Shown here piece by piece: positions 1 through 10,139 of a stretch of DNA of 64,000 nucleotides. This DNA is from an uncultured Rhodospirillaceae bacterium. Its GTDB lineage: Bacteria; Pseudomonadota; Alphaproteobacteria; UBA828. The stretch covers positions 80,005-144,004 of the forward strand of contig CAXEND010000001.1 in assembly GCA_963997635.1 (NCBI GenBank). Reading direction: 5' to 3'. Position 1 is the stretch's first letter, and each line of letters opens with the position of its first letter. Both the position numbers and the translations under genes were made by a program. The notes under the pieces were generated by a model. That model did not search any database. It saw only the letters and a list, made by a program, of their open reading frames with translations, and was not told where the DNA came from.

Positions 1-631
1 AGCTCGAGTTATATATGGATTTAGGATCTCTGTTGTATTTGGATTAACTTTAACATTGATTAGTTCTATAATTGGTATTGCTGCTGGAGCTATACAAGGA
101 TTCTTTGGCGGGTGGATTGACCTAAGTTTTCAGAGGTTTATTGAAATATGGTCTGGATTACCACAATTATTTCTCTTCATTATTTTAGCGGCAATAATTG
201 AACCCAGTTTTTGGTTGATTCTTGGATTAATGCTTTTATTCCAATGGATGTCACTTGTGGGAGTTGTTAGAGCTGAGTTTCTTAGAGTACGTAATTTTGA
301 TTATATTCGAGCTGCAAGAGCTTTGGGCGTTAGAGATTCTGTAATTATAGTTCGTCATGCATTACCTAACGCAATGGTTTCTGCATTAACTTTTTTACCA
401 TTTATACTCAATGGCTCGATTACAACTCTTACAGCACTTGATTTTCTGGGTTTTGGATTACCTGTAGGATCACCATCCTTAGGAGAGTTATTGCAGCAGG
501 GAAAGTCAAATCTTCAAGCACCTTGGCTAGGTTTTACTGCGTTTTTAGTAGTAGGCATAATGTTAAGTTTACTGATTTTTATGGGTGAGGCCATTCGAGA
601 TGCGTTTGATCCCCGCAAACTTATTAATTAG
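1..631 (+). CDS. ABC transporter permease, C-terminal part of a DppC/OppC/YejE-type membrane subunit (5' end outside window)
   Basis: Reading frame of ORF 56..631 stays open back to position 2, so the gene is cut by the window edge. The sequence is hydrophobic and multi-TM with a conserved permease C-terminus (EAIRDAFDPR). A dual-domain ABC ATPase follows 6 nt downstream. Confidence 0.7.
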   Translation, partial: ARVIYGFRISVVFGLTLTLISSIIGIAAGAIQGFFGGWIDLSFQRFIEIWSGLPQLFLFIILAAIIEPSFWLILGLMLLFQWMSLVGVVRAEFLRVRNFDYIRAARALGVRDSVIIVRHALPNAMVSALTFLPFILNGSITTLTALDFLGFGLPVGSPSLGELLQQGKSNLQAPWLGFTAFLVVGIMLSLLIFMGEAIRDAFDPRKLIN

Positions 632-637
632 GTTAAA

Positions 638-2254
638 ATGACACTTTCCTCAAAAAAATTACTCAGAGTTCGTGATCTTAGGATAGGTTTCAAGGTGAGC
701 GGGGAGGTCAAAGAAGTTGTTAGTGGCATTTCGTTCGATGTAAATCAAGGCGAAACGGTAGCAATTGTTGGTGAGAGTGGTTCTGGAAAGACTATATCTG
801 CACTTTCTACAATGCAGCTTTTACCTTATCCAGTTGCTTTTCATAAAACTGGAAGTATTAAATTTAATGATACAGAAATAATCGGAGCAAATAAAAAAAC
901 TATACGATCAATCCGTGGTGATAAGATTGCTATGATATTTCAGGAGCCAATGACTTCTCTAAACCCTTTGCACACTATAGGTAGGCAAGTTACAGAGTCA
1001 CTCTTAGTCCATAAAAAATTACGTAAGGAAGAAGCAAGACGACAAACTCAATCCCTCCTTGAGATGGTTTCATTAAATGAAGCTGCGGATAGGATGAATG
1101 CTTATCCTCATGAGCTTTCTGGAGGGCAACGTCAACGTGTTATGATAGCAATGGCACTTGCTTGCGAGCCTGACCTGCTTATAGCTGATGAACCTACAAC
1201 TGCTTTGGATGTCACTGTTCAAGCAGAAATACTATCTTTACTAAAAAAATTAAAATCACAAATGGGTATGTCTATCCTACTAATTACCCATGATCTAAAT
1301 ATTGTTCGTTACATGTCTGATCGAATGTATGTAATGAAGGATGGATTAATTTTAGAACAAGGAAATACAGAAAAAATTTTCTTATCTCCCGATAATAAAT
1401 ATACCCAGCTTCTTATTGATTCAGAATTAAGGGAAGGTCCTCCTGTTTCGAATAAGGAAGAAAAAATATTGTTAAAAGCGGAAATGATAAATGTTTCATT
1501 CCCAATTAAAGCAGGAATACTTGGACGAACAGTGTCAAAAATCAATGCAGTAAATAATGTTTCGATATTAATTCGTGAGGGTCAAACTCTGGGCTTAGTA
1601 GGTGAGAGTGGTTCGGGGAAAACAACATTGGCTCTTGCCTTATTAAGGCTTCAAAATAGTAAGGGGTCAATTTTATTTGATGGAAGTTCTATTGATAAAT
1701 TCGGCTTTAAGTCAATGAGACCATTACGAAGAAAGATGCAAATTGTATTTCAAGATCCTTTCAGTTCAATGAGCCCCAGAATGTCAGTCTCACAAATTAT
1801 TTTAGAAGGTATGGCAGTACATAAAATTGGCGAGAATATTCATGAACGTGAGAAATTAATTATTGAATCGCTTGAAGAAGTTGGAATTGATCCGGATATA
1901 CGTGATCGCTACCCCCACGAGTTTTCTGGTGGACAACGTCAGAGAATAGCAATTGCGAGAGCTTTAGTTTTAAAACCTCAATTCTTAGTACTTGATGAAC
2001 CAACATCTGCATTGGATATGTCAGTTCAGGCACAGATAATTGATCTATTAAGAGAGTTGCAATATCGCAGAAGATTGACGTATTTATTTATCAGTCACGA
2101 TTTAAGAGTTATACGATCCATTTGCCATGATGTAATAGTCTTGAAGGGGGGAGAAGTGGTAGAACATGGTTCTTCAAGGGAAATATTTAAAAACCCAAAA
2201 ACAATTTATACTAAAGACCTACTAAGTGCTGCTTTTAAGATGAAAACAATATAA
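638..2254 (+). CDS. ABC transporter ATP-binding protein with two fused ATPase domains (YejF/DppDF-like)
   Basis: Two Walker A motifs (GESGSGKT twice) and two ABC signature motifs (LSGGQRQR, FSGGQRQR) in one 538-aa protein. Confidence 0.85.
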   Translation: MTLSSKKLLRVRDLRIGFKVSGEVKEVVSGISFDVNQGETVAIVGESGSGKTISALSTMQLLPYPVAFHKTGSIKFNDTEIIGANKKTIRSIRGDKIAMIFQEPMTSLNPLHTIGRQVTESLLVHKKLRKEEARRQTQSLLEMVSLNEAADRMNAYPHELSGGQRQRVMIAMALACEPDLLIADEPTTALDVTVQAEILSLLKKLKSQMGMSILLITHDLNIVRYMSDRMYVMKDGLILEQGNTEKIFLSPDNKYTQLLIDSELREGPPVSNKEEKILLKAEMINVSFPIKAGILGRTVSKINAVNNVSILIREGQTLGLVGESGSGKTTLALALLRLQNSKGSILFDGSSIDKFGFKSMRPLRRKMQIVFQDPFSSMSPRMSVSQIILEGMAVHKIGENIHEREKLIIESLEEVGIDPDIRDRYPHEFSGGQRQRIAIARALVLKPQFLVLDEPTSALDMSVQAQIIDLLRELQYRRRLTYLFISHDLRVIRSICHDVIVLKGGEVVEHGSSREIFKNPKTIYTKDLLSAAFKMKTI

Positions 2255-2268
2255 CTCTGGAGAATATT

Positions 2269-2308
2269 ATGAATAAGAAAATGGAAAAATTTATATTTTC
2301 TTATTCAT
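2269..2308. terminator. Perfect 14-bp inverted repeat (atgaataagaaaat / attttcttattcat) with 12-nt loop between convergent genes; candidate bidirectional terminator
   Basis: Read directly from the sequence. It lies between the yejF-like stop (2254) and the dapE stop (2301-2303) and overlaps the dapE stop codon. Confidence 0.4.
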
Positions 2309-3458
2309 TGAAATATGACTCTAGGGTTTTGGAATAAATCTGAGTCAATAATTCCAAGTCATCTAAAGAAACGCATTCATCAATTTTGTGCATTGTTTTT
2401 CCCGAGAGTCCAAATTCTACTACGGGACATATATCTTTTATGAATCTAGCGTCTGATGTTCCCCCATTAGTAGATAATTTAGGGGTACGACCAGTGATTG
2501 TTTTGATTGAATCGGTTAATATTGAGCTAAGTCTTCCAGGTTCAGTTAGAAAAGCATCTCCTGAGGAATTAGTATCTAGAACAAAATTATTTGTTATTTT
2601 AGAAAAACCTTTATTCAACAAATCTACAAGTGTTTCGGATGTATGTTGATCATTATATCTTATATTAAATTTTGCTATTGCTTTTTCGGGTATTACGTTA
2701 GTCGCAAGGTTACCTACATCTATGCTTGTAATTTCTATGTTTGATGGTTGAAAAAACTTGGTTCCTGAATCAAGAACACTTGCATTAAGCCAATCTAACA
2801 TTGAAACTAAATATGGTATTGGGTTATCGGCTAATTCTGGATAGGCTGCATGTCCTTGTGTTCCATTAACTATTAAAGTGGCATTGAGGCTACCTCTGCG
2901 GCCTATTTTTATCATATCACCAAGCTTTAGAGGGTTTGTAGGTTCCCCAACAAGGCATGCATCTGGTCTCTGAGAATTTTTTTCCATCCATTTAAGAACT
3001 TTACGAGTTCCATTAATTGATGGGCCTTCTTCATCACCTGTAATTAGTAAACTTATAGATCCATTTCTTGATTCGTTTGCTCTTTTTTCAATATAACGGG
3101 CTACAGCTGCTACAAAAGCAGCAATCGCTCCTTTCATATCAACAGCCCCTCTACCAAATAATCTTTGACCGTATATATCTGCCTGAAATGGGGGATGTGA
3201 CCACCTAGTGGCTTCACCTTCAGGGACTACATCCACGTGTCCTGCAAAACAAAAATGAGGTGATTCTGTTCCAAGTCTAGCGAATAAGTTGTCTACATCT
3301 TCAGTACCTTCTTCTGAAAATGGTAGTCTCCAGCATTCGAAGCCAAGCAAATCAAGTGCTGTCACAAGAGTGTCCAGAGCACCACCATCATTTGGTGTTA
3401 CGCTCTGACATTTGATCAAAGCTCTAGCAAGAGTTAATGGGTCTTTATAATCACTCAA
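2301..3458 (-). CDS. dapE: Succinyl-diaminopimelate desuccinylase (M20 peptidase family)
   Basis: 385 aa; M20 metal-binding motifs (FAGHVDVVP, GRGAVDMKG); N-terminus typical of DapE; adjacent to dapD. Confidence 0.85.
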   Translation of the reverse strand: MSDYKDPLTLARALIKCQSVTPNDGGALDTLVTALDLLGFECWRLPFSEEGTEDVDNLFARLGTESPHFCFAGHVDVVPEGEATRWSHPPFQADIYGQRLFGRGAVDMKGAIAAFVAAVARYIEKRANESRNGSISLLITGDEEGPSINGTRKVLKWMEKNSQRPDACLVGEPTNPLKLGDMIKIGRRGSLNATLIVNGTQGHAAYPELADNPIPYLVSMLDWLNASVLDSGTKFFQPSNIEITSIDVGNLATNVIPEKAIAKFNIRYNDQHTSETLVDLLNKGFSKITNNFVLDTNSSGDAFLTEPGRLSSILTDSIKTITGRTPKLSTNGGTSDARFIKDICPVVEFGLSGKTMHKIDECVSLDDLELLTQIYSKTLESYFNE

Positions 3459-3463
3459 GGCAT

Positions 3464-4306
3464 TTAACTTCGTAATAGTTCGTTTATTGATGTCTTTGAT
3501 CTGGTTCGAGCATCAACTTGCTTGACAATAACAGCGCAATATAGGCTTGGTCCAGATGCACCATTTCCTAAGCTGCCAGGGAGTGAGCCGGGGACAACGA
3601 CAGAATATGGAGGAACTCTGCCATAAAAAATTTCTCCGTTTTCTCTATTCACAATTCGAGTGGAAGCTCCGATATATACTCCCATTGATAGTACTGCTCC
3701 TTTTTCAATAATTACTCCCTCGGCTACTTCGCTACGGGCTCCAATGAAGCAGTCATCCTCAATTATCACGGGGTTAGCTTGTAGTGGTTCCAGCACACCT
3801 CCAATACCAGCACCGCCAGAAATATGACAATTTTTACCTATTTGTGCACAACTCCCAACAGTTGCCCAAGTATCAATCATAGTCCCTTCGTCAACATATG
3901 CACCTAGATTAACAAATGAAGGCATTAGTACAACACCAGGTGCAATATAGGCAGAGTGTCGAACTGTCGTGTTTGGTACTGCTCGAAACCCAGCTGTCTG
4001 GAATTGCTCATTAGTCCAGCTTGAAAATTTTGATTGTACTTTATCAAACCATGAAGTATTTTCACCGGGCCCCCCTGGAATCAAGGCCATGTCATTAAGT
4101 CTAAATGATAGGAGTACAGCCTTTTTTAACCACTCATTAACATGCCAATCATCGTTAATTTTTTCAGCAACCCTATAATTTCCACAATCTAATCCAGCTA
4201 AGGCTGCATTAATTGCGTCTCGAGCTTTGCCGCCAGTTTTTGGTGATAAATTATCTCTATCATTCCAAGCATGTTCTATCTTTTGCTTTAACTTCTCAGT
4301 TTCCAA
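3464..4306 (-). CDS. dapD: 2,3,4,5-tetrahydropyridine-2,6-dicarboxylate N-succinyltransferase
   Basis: 280 aa; hexapeptide-repeat acyltransferase C-terminal half; N-terminal region typical of DapD; dapD-dapE adjacency. Confidence 0.85.
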   Translation of the reverse strand: METEKLKQKIEHAWNDRDNLSPKTGGKARDAINAALAGLDCGNYRVAEKINDDWHVNEWLKKAVLLSFRLNDMALIPGGPGENTSWFDKVQSKFSSWTNEQFQTAGFRAVPNTTVRHSAYIAPGVVLMPSFVNLGAYVDEGTMIDTWATVGSCAQIGKNCHISGGAGIGGVLEPLQANPVIIEDDCFIGARSEVAEGVIIEKGAVLSMGVYIGASTRIVNRENGEIFYGRVPPYSVVVPGSLPGSLGNGASGPSLYCAVIVKQVDARTRSKTSINELLRS

Positions 4307-4415
4307 AGTTATCTCCTTAATAATATTAATATTTGGAATATTAATAAAAATTTCATTCTAATCTCTGGCATATTACTAATCAACAGTGTGATTCATAGTT
4401 ACATCTAATTTAGAG

Positions 4416-5102
4416 TTAAGATGTACTAATTGAGTTAAGCCATACCCCAAGATTTTTTGTCTGGTAATGAGCCTCTACACCATCACTACCCGGAAGTGCC
4501 CAAGTATCGTTATTTTTTATCCATACAGTGGTCATTCCCATTTCTTTTGCTGGTCCTAAGTTTCGGAGTATGTCTTCAAAAAATATTGCTGTATTAGGAT
4601 CGAAGTCATGTTTTTTTATAAATATTTTGTAGGCTTCTGGATTTGGTTTAGGGATATAGTCGGCTGCTACAATGTCAAAAATTTCTGAGAAATGGTTTTC
4701 AAGGCCAAGCTGAATTAATACTTTGCTTGCGTAAGATGAATCTGCATTGGTAAAAACAATTTTACGTCCATCAATATTATTTAAAGCATTATCTAGATCG
4801 TTTGCCAGACTCAGAGTTGAGAAGTCAATATCATGAACATATGCTAAAAATTCATCAGGGTTTATTTTGTGCTCGAGCATAAGTCCACGAAGTGTTGTCC
4901 CATATTTATGGAAAAAATCTTTTTGGACAATTCTTGCTTCAGTAATAGGTATATTTAAATTTTTTGAAATATAGAGACCTATTCGTTTACTGACTTGGTC
5001 AAAAAGTTTTGAATTTGATGGATAAAGTGTATTATCCAAATCAAAAACCCATGTTTCAATTTCGTCTAATAATTTATATTTTGGATGGTTTTTTATACTC
5101 AT
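4416..5102 (-). CDS. HAD-superfamily hydrolase, probable pyrimidine 5'-nucleotidase type
   Basis: HAD motif I (WVFDLDNTLY) near the N-terminus; size 228 aa. Confidence 0.6.
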   Translation of the reverse strand: MSIKNHPKYKLLDEIETWVFDLDNTLYPSNSKLFDQVSKRIGLYISKNLNIPITEARIVQKDFFHKYGTTLRGLMLEHKINPDEFLAYVHDIDFSTLSLANDLDNALNNIDGRKIVFTNADSSYASKVLIQLGLENHFSEIFDIVAADYIPKPNPEAYKIFIKKHDFDPNTAIFFEDILRNLGPAKEMGMTTVWIKNNDTWALPGSDGVEAHYQTKNLGVWLNSISTS

Positions 5103-5240
5103 TTTTTAAATTTAATTGCAAAAATTTTTAGTTTTTAAGGCAGATAATATTCATCTTATTATTTGAATTATAAAATAAATAATATTTATCAAGGATAAAC
5201 CAAGGCTATTTGGTTGGAGACAAGGAATATGTCTAGAAGA

Positions 5241-6167
5241 TTAATTTTTAGCATCATTTTTTAACATAGTACCTGTGCCATGCTCAGTAAATATTTCTAG
5301 TAATAGAACATGAGTTACCCGTCCATCTAAAATATGTGCAGCGCCAACATTTTGCTCAATGGCGTTAATACAAGTTTCTACTTTTGGTATCATTCCATCA
5401 CTAACGACTGCGTTGTCCAAAAGTTTTTTTGCTTCTAATGTATTCATATGATTAATTAGATTATGGTTAGAGTCTAAAACACCTGGCACATCTGTCATCA
5501 TAATTAATTTTGCAGCGGACATTGCAGATGCTATGGCACCTGCACAAGTATCAGCATTGATATTGTACGTTTTCCCATCTATCCCGATGCCTATAGGTGC
5601 AACGACTGGAATAAAATCAGATTTTGCTAATGTTTTTAGAACATTAACCTCAATATCTTTCGGCTCTCCAACAAAACCCAGATTAGCATTTGTTTCAGTA
5701 TTGGATGATGAGTCATATACTTTTCTTTTAAGTTTCCTGCAGGTGATAAGATTTCCATCCTTACCAGATAAACCTATTGCTTTACCCCCAACTGCAGATA
5801 TTTTACTTACGATTTCTTTGTTAATATTCCCAGACAATACCATTTCAGCAATTTTCATAGTTTCAGAGTCTGTCACCCTATGACCGTCTATGAATTTTGA
5901 TTCTATTCCTAGACGTTCTAACATATCGCCTATTTGAGGGCCTCCTCCATGAACTACTATTGGGTTAATGCCTACATGTTTTAGTAAAACCACATCGCGG
6001 GCAAAATTATTAGCAAGACTATCGTCACCCATCGCATGCCCACCATACTTAATGACAAAAGTATGACCGGAGAAATTTTTAAGGTAAGGTAGGGCCTCAG
6101 AAATTGTACTTGCAGTTCTTAGCCATCGCTTTTTGTTTGCTATATTTTGATTGTTATTATCAGTCAT
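5241..6167 (-). CDS. argB: Acetylglutamate kinase
   Basis: Amino-acid kinase family, N-terminal FVIKYGGHAM motif, 308 aa. Confidence 0.9.
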   Translation of the reverse strand: MTDNNNQNIANKKRWLRTASTISEALPYLKNFSGHTFVIKYGGHAMGDDSLANNFARDVVLLKHVGINPIVVHGGGPQIGDMLERLGIESKFIDGHRVTDSETMKIAEMVLSGNINKEIVSKISAVGGKAIGLSGKDGNLITCRKLKRKVYDSSSNTETNANLGFVGEPKDIEVNVLKTLAKSDFIPVVAPIGIGIDGKTYNINADTCAGAIASAMSAAKLIMMTDVPGVLDSNHNLINHMNTLEAKKLLDNAVVSDGMIPKVETCINAIEQNVGAAHILDGRVTHVLLLEIFTEHGTGTMLKNDAKN

Positions 6168-6177
6168 AGAATTCAGT

Positions 6178-6741
6178 TTAATATGTTGCAGCTAAATCTG
6201 CTAGGTCTGTTAGGTGGTTTTGTAGATTAAGAATCCCATGACCAGTTTTTGAACTGGTTGCCACAACGGATGGGTATGCCGCAGGTCTTTTTCGAAGAAT
6301 ATTCTCAATCATATCAATTGTTTTTGATAATACATTAGGTTTTAACTTATCTGACTTAGTAAGGATAATTAAATATGATACAGCCGCTTCATCAAGTCCA
6401 TCCATGATTGCAAGGTCGCTTTTCATTGCTCCACGTCTTGAATCGATTAGCAGGCAAGTTCTTCTTAGATTCGGACGACCTTTCAAATAAGAATCAATTA
6501 GTCTTGTCCATTGTTTAACTAAAGTTTTTGGTGCTTTTGCATATCCAAAACCAGGAAGATCAGCAAGAATAAGTCCATTGTTTAATTTAAAAAAATTAAT
6601 CTCCCTAGTTCTACCGGGGGTACGTGATGTTCGAGCCAAGTTTGTTCTGTTTGTTAAAGAGTTAATCAAACTAGATTTTCCCACGTTTGACCTTCCTGCA
6701 AAAGCAACTTCTGGTAAAGTTGTTTCTGGTAGCCCTTCCAT
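6178..6741 (-). CDS. engB: Ribosome biogenesis GTP-binding protein EngB/YihA
   Basis: P-loop GRSNVGKSSLINSL; size 187 aa; conserved position downstream of yidC. Confidence 0.9.
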   Translation of the reverse strand: MEGLPETTLPEVAFAGRSNVGKSSLINSLTNRTNLARTSRTPGRTREINFFKLNNGLILADLPGFGYAKAPKTLVKQWTRLIDSYLKGRPNLRRTCLLIDSRRGAMKSDLAIMDGLDEAAVSYLIILTKSDKLKPNVLSKTIDMIENILRKRPAAYPSVVATSSKTGHGILNLQNHLTDLADLAATY

Positions 6742-6797
6742 ATCTACAGCTCCAGTTATGAACTGGCAGTCTCCAGAAAAAAAACGACGGCCCCGAT

Positions 6798-9065
6798 TTA
6801 TTTTTTCTTTCGAGATCTTTTGTTTGATTTTTGGCCCCGATTCTTCATTTGTTTTTCTTTATCTGCTGATGCATGGGACTTAACGTCTCTATCTTTTGTC
6901 TGATCATCTAATTTTTTATCAAGACTAGCTTTTACTGCTTCTTTGGCTGCACGTGCAGCCCTTTCTGCACGTCGTTCTTTACGACTAACCTTTGGTTCAT
7001 TCTGAACCTCAGGTAATTTCTCTGATTTGGCTGGCCGACGTTTTGTTACTTTTTTCCCTCGTTTTTTTGCATTTGCTCTTCGTTGAAATTCTCTTTTTCT
7101 TTCAGCTAGTTTTTCATCTTGTTTCTTTCTTCTTTCGGTCGCCTTTTCTTTAGCTTCTTCCCCTGTTTGTAAAATCCTATCGATTAGTGTTTTTTTGCCG
7201 CCTCTTGCTTTTTCGCTAGCTTTTTTATCTCTAGCAAGTTTTGCATCTAGTGCTGCAATAGCTTCTTCGCGTTCTTTTCCTGTGCCTTCCTTTAGTAATT
7301 TTAGATGTTCTGCCTCCTTCCTTAATGAATCTCTTGTTATGCCCATACGATTCATAATTAGCCATTGTTGGGCAATAGAAAGGACATTATTCCACGTCCA
7401 ATAAACTACTAAACCTGCAGGGAATTGACCAAACAAGAATAAAAAAACGAAGGGCAATGCCATCATGACTTTTTGTTGTATTGGGTCTATTGGTTGAGGA
7501 TTCAGTTTCAGCTGGAGAAACATCGTAATTCCAAACAATATTGGCCAAATTCCGATCAATAAGAAACTTGGTGCTCCCCAATCTAAATAACCAAATGCGG
7601 TAATTAATGCAGATGGGTCAGGCGCGGCTAAATCATTGATCCACCAGAAAAATGGTGCATGTCTCATTTCTATTGTTACAAATAAAACGCTATAAAGTGC
7701 AAAGAATATTGGAATTTGGACAAGTATAGGTAAACAGCCAGCTAAGGGGTTGGCCCTTTCACGTCTGTAAAGTTGCATCATTTCTTGATTCAGACGTTGC
7801 TTGTCTTCTCCAAATCGAAACCTGAGAAGTTGCATCTGAGGTTGAAGCTTCCGCATGCGGCTCATAGAACCGTATGCTTTATTTGCAAGTGGAAATAAGA
7901 TTACTCGCACACATATTGTTAATAAAAGAATCGCAACACCAAAGTTCCCAGTTAAACCAAAGAAAAAATCTAAAGCATAAAAAAGAGGTTTTGATAAAAA
8001 CCATACAAATCCAAAGTCAACAGCTAGATCAAAGCTTTCAACTCCAAATTTTTCTTCATACATATCCAAAATCGAAACTTTTTTTGCTCCGGCAAATAAG
8101 TGAGTTGTTATGTTTTTAGAAGTTTCTTTTGGTTGTAACTCGATCAATTTTTGCTCTGTAAGGTAGACATCATAACGGTTTTTATGCCCTGTCTTGGGTT
8201 GATCGTGTTCTGAATGTACCGAAATCTTGCGATTTTGCTCAGGAATTAATGAAGACAAGAAGTATTTTGATGTAATACCTATCCAACCTCCAACACCTTT
8301 TTGATTGAAACCTTGACCATCTTCCATGTCTCCATAATCAGACTCAAGTTGTAGCTCACCGACACGCCCAAGTGCACCATCTTGGAATATTCCCCAGGGT
8401 TTGTAATAGACGGAATCATCAAATGGGTCATAACGGCGGAGTAGGCCAGTTGGCTTGAATTTAAAGGGGGTCGAACGATAGTTTTCTACGGTTTGAATTA
8501 TTGTGAATGCAAACTCATCATCTACACTAATTTCCTGCTTAAAAATTTGTCCATTGTTATTATCCCAACTCAGTATAATGGGATTATTTAGAGTTAGTTT
8601 TGTGCTATTTGTCTCCCAAATTGTATCTTTGTCAGGAAAAATTTCATTAGCTTTCCCTGTCCAGCTAATACTTGCGTAATATCCTGATTTAGTATTTTTA
8701 GGCGAAAAAATTGTAATTTCTGGGCTATTTTCATCAATTGTTTCGTTATAGTTTTTTAATCTTATATCATCAAATAAGGCACCTTTTAGTGAGATTGACC
8801 CATGCAATCGGGGCGATTCAATTATAACGCGATCAGATCCTTTAATGGCCACATCACGAGGTAAAATTTCGAATAGTTGATCGGATTCGCTTTTGGCGGT
8901 TGTATCAATTTTTTCATTTTTCTCATCTAAAGAGCTTTGGCCTTCTATATCCGTATTTTCAGGAACATATTGAGGTGTTGGAACAAGAAACTGCCATCCA
9001 ATTAAAATTATTGCTACTAGACCAATAGCAATAATAATATTTCTTTTATCTCCACCAAAAAACAT
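6798..9065 (-). CDS. yidC: Membrane protein insertase YidC with an unusually long (~180 aa) Lys/Arg/Glu-rich C-terminal tail
   Basis: N-terminal TM, large periplasmic domain and conserved 5-TM core. The 755-aa length is due to a highly basic low-complexity C-terminal extension ending ...KRSRKKK. Confidence 0.9.
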   Translation of the reverse strand: MFFGGDKRNIIIAIGLVAIILIGWQFLVPTPQYVPENTDIEGQSSLDEKNEKIDTTAKSESDQLFEILPRDVAIKGSDRVIIESPRLHGSISLKGALFDDIRLKNYNETIDENSPEITIFSPKNTKSGYYASISWTGKANEIFPDKDTIWETNSTKLTLNNPIILSWDNNNGQIFKQEISVDDEFAFTIIQTVENYRSTPFKFKPTGLLRRYDPFDDSVYYKPWGIFQDGALGRVGELQLESDYGDMEDGQGFNQKGVGGWIGITSKYFLSSLIPEQNRKISVHSEHDQPKTGHKNRYDVYLTEQKLIELQPKETSKNITTHLFAGAKKVSILDMYEEKFGVESFDLAVDFGFVWFLSKPLFYALDFFFGLTGNFGVAILLLTICVRVILFPLANKAYGSMSRMRKLQPQMQLLRFRFGEDKQRLNQEMMQLYRRERANPLAGCLPILVQIPIFFALYSVLFVTIEMRHAPFFWWINDLAAPDPSALITAFGYLDWGAPSFLLIGIWPILFGITMFLQLKLNPQPIDPIQQKVMMALPFVFLFLFGQFPAGLVVYWTWNNVLSIAQQWLIMNRMGITRDSLRKEAEHLKLLKEGTGKEREEAIAALDAKLARDKKASEKARGGKKTLIDRILQTGEEAKEKATERRKKQDEKLAERKREFQRRANAKKRGKKVTKRRPAKSEKLPEVQNEPKVSRKERRAERAARAAKEAVKASLDKKLDDQTKDRDVKSHASADKEKQMKNRGQKSNKRSRKKK

Positions 9066-9083
9066 ATCTGTAGATGGCTCCCT

Positions 9084-9368
9084 TTACGGTCTTTGCTTCG
9101 TATTTGATTGATAAATAGATACTATAATTTTAGTAAATGGTTTTTCGGGGACAGGGTCAAAACCAGAGCCACCCCATGGTTGACATCTGATAATTCTGTA
9201 AAATGTATATATAATACCAACAAAAAACCCATGCTGTTTTAATGCATCAATAGAATATTGTGAACAAGATGGGTGAAACCTACATGACGGTGGTAGCCAT
9301 GGTGAAATAGATAATTGATAGAGCCTTATTAGCAAAGTCAGTAGTAAAACAGAGGCTTTCATAATCAT
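9084..9368 (-). CDS. yidD: Membrane protein insertion efficiency factor YidD
   Basis: Conserved YidD core (LIRLYQLSISPWLPPSCRFHPSCSQY...CQPWGGSGFDPVP). The ORF track extends to 9419, but YidD proteins are ~70-90 aa, so an internal Met start (MIMKAS...) is preferred. Confidence 0.8.
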   Translation of the reverse strand: MIMKASVLLLTLLIRLYQLSISPWLPPSCRFHPSCSQYSIDALKQHGFFVGIIYTFYRIIRCQPWGGSGFDPVPEKPFTKIIVSIYQSNTKQRP

Positions 9369-9435
9369 TTTTGGTTCCTTGGCAAGAATCTTTGTCGCAA
9401 AAAATATCATTTTAGGCAATTATTGCATAAAAAAA

Positions 9436-9807
9436 TTATTTTTTTGTCTGCATTATTTTTGCAGCCTCAGTTTTTTCAAGTGCTTTTTTTAGATCTGCCT
9501 GAAGGTCTTCAAACCTTCGGGTTAAAGTAGCTTTACGTGCAATAACAACATAATCATTACCATTTTTAGCAGAAAAAGGCATAACATGAGCGACAGCCGC
9601 ACGCAATCTTCGCTTTGCACGATTTCTCTTTACCGCTCCTCCAATTTTTTTAGAAGCTGTATAACCAACCCTTAGTGGTGTTCCTTCTAAAAGATCTTCT
9701 TTAAGTGTTTGGTCAACTTGTAGAATTAATCCTAGCGATACCCATTTACGTTTTTTTGCCGCAATACGAACAAAGTCGGATCTGCGGCGAATATGCCCGA
9801 TCCTCAT
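9436..9807 (-). CDS. rnpA: Ribonuclease P protein component
   Basis: 123-aa basic protein sitting between rpmH and yidD in the canonical order. Confidence 0.85.
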   Translation of the reverse strand: MRIGHIRRRSDFVRIAAKKRKWVSLGLILQVDQTLKEDLLEGTPLRVGYTASKKIGGAVKRNRAKRRLRAAVAHVMPFSAKNGNDYVVIARKATLTRRFEDLQADLKKALEKTEAAKIMQTKK

Positions 9808-9818
9808 GCTATATTACC

Positions 9819-9953
9819 TTATACAGAGAGGCGTTTTCGGCCTCTGCTACGTCTACGAGACAAAACTCTTCGTCCACCCACGGTTTTCATGCGTGATCGA
9901 AACCCATGACGTCTTGATCTCACGGTTATGCTTGGCTGAAAAGTACGTTTCAC
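9819..9953 (-). CDS. rpmH: 50S ribosomal protein L34 (absent from the supplied ORF track; GTG start)
   Basis: Manual translation of the minus strand gives [44 protein letters not shown] (44 aa), a textbook L34 sequence. Stop codon at 9819-9821, GTG start at 9951-9953. Confidence 0.9.
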   Translation of the reverse strand: MKRTFQPSITVRSRRHGFRSRMKTVGGRRVLSRRRSRGRKRLSV

Positions 9954-10139
9954 AACGGCAACTCCCACTTAGCACTTGCTTTGATTAAAAATGTATTTTT
10001 ATTTTTTTAAATATACAAGGCAGCGCTGTATAAGCTGAGGTGATGTTTAAGTCAATGATTTTCTTAAACCTTTACTACTGCGATTTTTCAATGTTGAAGA
10101 AGTAGAAGTTTACATGAAGTAATTAAAATATTCACTGGT

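Noticed and set aside
1309-1545. Antisense 78-aa ORF inside the yejF-like ATPase gene, and similar nested antisense ORFs (e.g. 2386..2649, 5533..5883, 15251..15754, 25322..25834, 37033..37365, 47976..48449, 52698..53018, 57009..57296)
   Set aside because: They lie wholly inside longer, well-supported genes on the opposite strand, have no start-site context, and have low-complexity or odd compositions typical of shadow ORFs in AT-rich DNA.
9369-9419. N-terminal 17-codon extension of the yidD ORF
   Set aside because: YidD family proteins are ~70-90 aa and the conserved core begins after the internal Met; the extension is probably not translated.
9806-9988. Plus-strand 60-aa ORF
   Set aside because: It overlaps the clearly recognisable rpmH gene on the minus strand, so it is a shadow ORF.
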